Both the position numbers and the translations under genes were made by a program. Shown piece after piece: positions 60,386 through 64,000 of a stretch of DNA of 64,000 nt. The DNA is from an uncultured Methylomirabilota bacterium (GTDB taxonomy: Bacteria; Methylomirabilota; Methylomirabilia; Methylomirabilales; 2-02-FULL-66-22). The DNA lies in assembly GCA_963705305.1 (NCBI GenBank), contig OY970067.1, positions 2,368,001 to 2,432,000 of the forward strand. Reading direction: 5' to 3'. Every line of letters starts with the position of its first letter. Positions within the stretch are counted from its first letter, which is position 1. The notes under the pieces are model-generated. The model ran no database searches. It was given only the letters and a program-made list of their open reading frames with translations, and was not told the DNA's origin.

Positions 60386-63013
60386 CCGGTCGAGGCGGCC
60401 GACCTGGACAGGCACGCGCGGAAGATCGCCGTCATGGGGGAGGGGCAGGAAATCGGGGCCCCACACCGCCAGCTCCAGCTCGTACCGCCCGGGGGCGGGA
60501 GGCGCGGGGATCACCCAGGCCACGGGAACGGCTTGGCCGGGAAACACGTCGTCCGGGAGGGGGACAAGGTCGGTCGAGACGGGGCGCCCCGCCAGGAGCC
60601 AGCGCGTCCGCAGGATGAAGCATCCGAAGTAGGACCGGGGCGTGGCCAGCCACAGGGCGCTCCGGCCCGCTCCCCAGATCGGCCACTCCGCCCCCAGCTC
60701 GGGCAGGTCCGCCGAGGCATACCAGAGGGCGAGATCGTGAAGCGTGGCGAGCCGTCGGAACGGCATCGCGTCGGCGGTGCCGCGGGCGGTGGGCCGCCAC
60801 GGGACGGCTCCGACATTTCGGACCAGCGCCGACGCCTGGATCGGCTGGCTGACGCCGACCGCCAGCTCCGGGGGCCCGAGCCAGGTCAGCGCCGCGCGGG
60901 GCTCTCCGCTCGAGGACGCTTCCGGGGAGACGAGGACGGGCCGGACCAGGCGGAAGACGTCTCCCCCTATCTCCAGACGGTAACTCCCCGGGGACCGGGG
61001 GGTTTCCAGGGGGAGGGCGGTCAGGTACTGACCCCCCGCCGGCAGGAGCGTCGGGAGGTAGGTCGCGACACGCTCCTCGACCCGGGGGCCGCCGTCCGCT
61101 GGAATCCAGGTCACCCGGACCGGTCGGATCCCGAGGGGGCCGGGGTTGACCCACGGGGCTCCGGATCGTTCCAGGAGGAGGAGCCGGAGCCGGAGCGGGC
61201 GCCCGGCGGGAAGGCCCGCAGGCAGCGATGCCTCCGCATCCAGGCCGGCTGCCCGCCGCGAGGCGGGCGGGATGCGATACAGCTGGATGTCCGGCAAGGC
61301 AAGGATCCGCTCCAAACCCGGGATCGGCGGCGCGCCCTGGCGCCAGGCGGCGCGCGCCGCCTCGGGCAGCGCATCCAGGTGCACCGCCAGTGTCCGAACG
61401 CCCAGGGCGCCCAGCGCCTCCACGACGCGGGGGGACAGCCCTTCGCCGTTCACCAGGGCGGCGATCTCGTAGTAGGAGCCGGGCCGGAATCCGGAATAGC
61501 CGTTGACCAAGGGCGCCCAGTCGCGCGTACTCTGCAGCGCGTAGGTGGCCTCGGTCAGCGGGTCGTAGATGGAAAAGGGGATCTCCAGGACGGCGCCCTC
61601 CGCGGCTCGCTCGCGCAGGATTCGGGTGACCGCAGCGTCGCCGAGGGACACGGGCCGGAGGGGGACGGGGACATGGAGGGCCTCCAGCGTCATGGCCGCC
61701 AGGGCGAGGCCTCCCAGGATGGCGCCGGGCTGCGGCAGCGCCGGCCGTCGCTCCCGCAGGAAGTCGGCGAGGCGGGCGAGACCGGCGGCCGCGAAGAGGG
61801 CCAGGGGGACGAGGGCGAGGAGCGCGAAGCGGGCGGGGACGCGAATGCCGCCGAGCCCCGGCAGGCCAAGGAACAGACCGAGATAGGGGAGCGGCCACTG
61901 GGCCGGGGCGTCGCCCCAGATCAGGATGGGGCCGAGCGCCAGGACCAGGGCCGTCGCGCCCACCAGGGCCAGCGCAGGCGCTGCGGCGGGCCAGGCCGCC
62001 CCCCCGCGCGTGGCGACCCGCCGCCGGGACGCCAGCCCCCAGGCGGCCAGGCCCCAGGGCAGGAGGCCGAAGAAGAGGGCGCTCTCCCAGGGAGCATCCC
62101 GGCGCCGGAACTTGGCCGTGGCGGCCCCGTAGAGCCAGTTGGCCTGGTCGGCGGCAAGAAAGCTGGCCGGCTCGGCGCTGTAGCGCACGAGGTCGCCGAG
62201 GCCACGCTGATAGCCCCACTGGGCTTGCGAGTGGGCATAGGGGAGCGCCACGGGGAGAAAGAGGAGGGCCCCGACGAGCAGGGCGACGGCGAGGTGCGAC
62301 AGGGCCTGCAGGCGAGGCCATCGCCCCCGCTCCTGCCAGGTGCGCACCGCCAGGTAGGGGACGAGGAGAAGCCCTGCCATGATGCCCAGGTAGGCAGAGC
62401 TGAGGAACTGGCACCAGAGCAGACCGCTGGCGGCCACAGCTAGGGTCCACCGCGGCCGCCGGAGCCACGCCTCCACGGCCAGGAAGACCAGGGGAGTCCA
62501 CCAGGCGGACGACAGCTGCAGGTGAACCAGGTGCGGGAAGCGGGGGAGCGCGAACGCGTACACGAACCCCGCCACCAGGGCGGGCCCCCGGCGTCCGAGG
62601 AGGGCCCAGGCCAGCCAGGCCATGCAGAGTCCATTGAGGACGAAGGCGCCCAGCAGGGTCAGATTGCAGGCGAGGATGGGATTCCCCGTCAGAAAGTAGA
62701 GCGGGGCGAAGAGCGGCTGGTCGCCCAGCAGGCTGTCCGAGAAGGCCAGCGCATCGCGGGCCGGGTAGAATATGTTGGCCTGAAAGAGCCGCAGGGGGGC
62801 ATGAGCTAGTGCATGGGCCCCCCAGCTCAGGATGTAGGCGGTGAGAGGGGGGTCGGAGGCGCTGGCGAGGTTTTCGTGGGTGATGAGGTGATCAGTGAGA
62901 TGCGCCGCCAGCGGCCAGGTCAGGCCCACGGCGGTGATCGCGTAGAGGGCGAGAGCGCCAAGGAACAGGCGGGCTGTCGGGCGGCCTGCGGGCGAAGGCC
63001 CGGGCTGAGACAT
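60380..63013 (-). CDS. multi-TM membrane protein, GT-C/YfhO-like glycosyltransferase
   Basis: 'LTWPLA', 'DP....YILSW', 'ANIFYP', 'IRVPARF', 'LVNGYSG'; C-terminal extracytoplasmic domains. Confidence 0.7.
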   Translation of the reverse strand: MSQPGPSPAGRPTARLFLGALALYAITAVGLTWPLAAHLTDHLITHENLASASDPPLTAYILSWGAHALAHAPLRLFQANIFYPARDALAFSDSLLGDQPLFAPLYFLTGNPILACNLTLLGAFVLNGLCMAWLAWALLGRRGPALVAGFVYAFALPRFPHLVHLQLSSAWWTPLVFLAVEAWLRRPRWTLAVAASGLLWCQFLSSAYLGIMAGLLLVPYLAVRTWQERGRWPRLQALSHLAVALLVGALLFLPVALPYAHSQAQWGYQRGLGDLVRYSAEPASFLAADQANWLYGAATAKFRRRDAPWESALFFGLLPWGLAAWGLASRRRVATRGGAAWPAAAPALALVGATALVLALGPILIWGDAPAQWPLPYLGLFLGLPGLGGIRVPARFALLALVPLALFAAAGLARLADFLRERRPALPQPGAILGGLALAAMTLEALHVPVPLRPVSLGDAAVTRILRERAAEGAVLEIPFSIYDPLTEATYALQSTRDWAPLVNGYSGFRPGSYYEIAALVNGEGLSPRVVEALGALGVRTLAVHLDALPEAARAAWRQGAPPIPGLERILALPDIQLYRIPPASRRAAGLDAEASLPAGLPAGRPLRLRLLLLERSGAPWVNPGPLGIRPVRVTWIPADGGPRVEERVATYLPTLLPAGGQYLTALPLETPRSPGSYRLEIGGDVFRLVRPVLVSPEASSSGEPRAALTWLGPPELAVGVSQPIQASALVRNVGAVPWRPTARGTADAMPFRRLATLHDLALWYASADLPELGAEWPIWGAGRSALWLATPRSYFGCFILRTRWLLAGRPVSTDLVPLPDDVFPGQAVPVAWVIPAPPAPGRYELELAVWGPDFLPLPHDGDLPRVPVQVGRLDRP

Positions 63014-63198
63014 GCTCAGGCGTTCCCGCACGGCATCAGCCCGGACATGTCACGTACACCGCGGAGGCGCCAAAGGCGCGGAGACAACGACAGCCTCCTC
63101 GAGCTTGCGGAGGGGGGCCTTGCATCCTCGTGTTCCGTGCTCCCCCATCCGGGGACGGGCAAACGCACGGGATCGCGCCGGCGCGATTCCCACAGCTT

Positions 63199-63360
63199 TA
63201 TCCCTTTCTGGTGAAAGAGGCCGCTTCCCCACGTGGTGCTTCCTCGATATTGGTGAGGGCGTGCAGCAAGCCAGCTGCTCACCCAGCCTGGACGACGAAG
63301 AACCCAGCCGCAACGATGCGGGACAATACCGCACGTGTCAAGCAGTTCCGAAGCCCGGAG
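63199..63360 (+). mobile_element. decayed left end of an element related to the IS110 at 46-47.7 kb
   Basis: aligns by eye with the reverse complement of ~47590-47735; encodes 'ATMRDNTARVKQFR' versus 'ATLRDNATRVKRFR'. Confidence 0.7.
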
Positions 63361-63549
63361 GCGGGCTTGTGGATGGGGTAGAGATCAGGTCGATTTGGGG
63401 ACGCAGCAGGTCTTGTCAGTGTATTGTGTGTGGGGAGGGTCGCCCGGGAGGACAATGAGGCTGAATTGTCCTGGTCTTGTCGGCCGTCGCCGTCAGAAAC
63501 ACGGAAGCCCCCTGACCCCGGGGGCCAGGAGGCAGTCAGCGTCGTGTCC

Positions 63550-64000
63550 TCAACGGGATGTGGGAGACGGCGACGGACTCGTGGGCGGCGCGGTCGTGGG
63601 TGGGACGACGGTCAGCCAGCCGGAGGGGCATTTCTTGACATAGGGGTAGTAGGCGCGGGAATCCGGGCAGTAGTACCAGTAGATGGGGGGCGGCGCGGGC
63701 TCTTGCTGGAAGTACACGGGTGGAGGCGGCGGAGACGCCACCGGCGGTGCGTAGTAGGGGGAGGCGTAGTCCGGGTACGCGGGTCCCCACCACCACGGAG
63801 CTCCCCACCAGATGTCGGGCCCGATCACGACGCCGCCGTCGCCGCCACCATGCCCATGAAAAACTCTCCCCCCATGCCGGCCGCCCCACGCATGGCGGGC
63901 ACCCCCATGCCCGTGAAAGTTCTCACCCCGCCTCGCGAGCGCCGGCGATGACGCGCCGAACAGGAGGGCTGTCATCAGCAGGACCGCAGGAATGATCTTC
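63550..64000 (-). CDS. Pro/Gly/His-rich secreted hypothetical protein (5' end may lie outside the window)
   Basis: signal-like N-terminus, 'WWGAPWWWGP', conserved-looking 'YWYYCPDSRAYYPYVKKCPSGW'. Confidence 0.7.
   Translation of the reverse strand, partial: KIIPAVLLMTALLFGASSPALARRGENFHGHGGARHAWGGRHGGRVFHGHGGGDGGVVIGPDIWWGAPWWWGPAYPDYASPYYAPPVASPPPPPVYFQQEPAPPPIYWYYCPDSRAYYPYVKKCPSGWLTVVPPTTAPPTSPSPSPTSR

Overview
High-GC bacterial chromosomal window with two parts. About 1-41,544 is mostly housekeeping/core DNA: a trkA pair, oxidoreductases, MFS transporters, gpsA-like, NUDIX, LysR, a DEAD-box helicase, a GAF-GGDEF plus PilZ pair, AAA ATPase/VWA/tldD/pmbA, modABC, rpsU with an IS630 in its stop codon, and accD-folC-glmU-yvcK-AKR-glmS. 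Immediately after glmS an accessory region begins, with transposase remnants, two divergent HigBA-type toxin-antitoxin modules, an IS1111-type IS110 element, cstA and a nitroreductase. The main find is a visibly lower-GC, IS-flanked RiPP-like cluster (~51.9-60.2 kb). It encodes a 64-aa Cys/Thr/Ser/Lys-rich precursor, four radical SAM enzymes (one fused to an HPr-kinase-like P-loop domain), a PqqD/RRE protein, an S24/S26 peptidase and a nucleotidyltransferase. Also notable are a ~197-nt rod-shaped candidate ncRNA with its own promoter and terminator (17,052-17,248), and four +1 frameshifts in core genes that all fall in the same GACGTC palindrome, which suggests methylation-linked sequencing errors. 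All calls come from motif recognition by eye; no searches were run, and several start codons are estimates.
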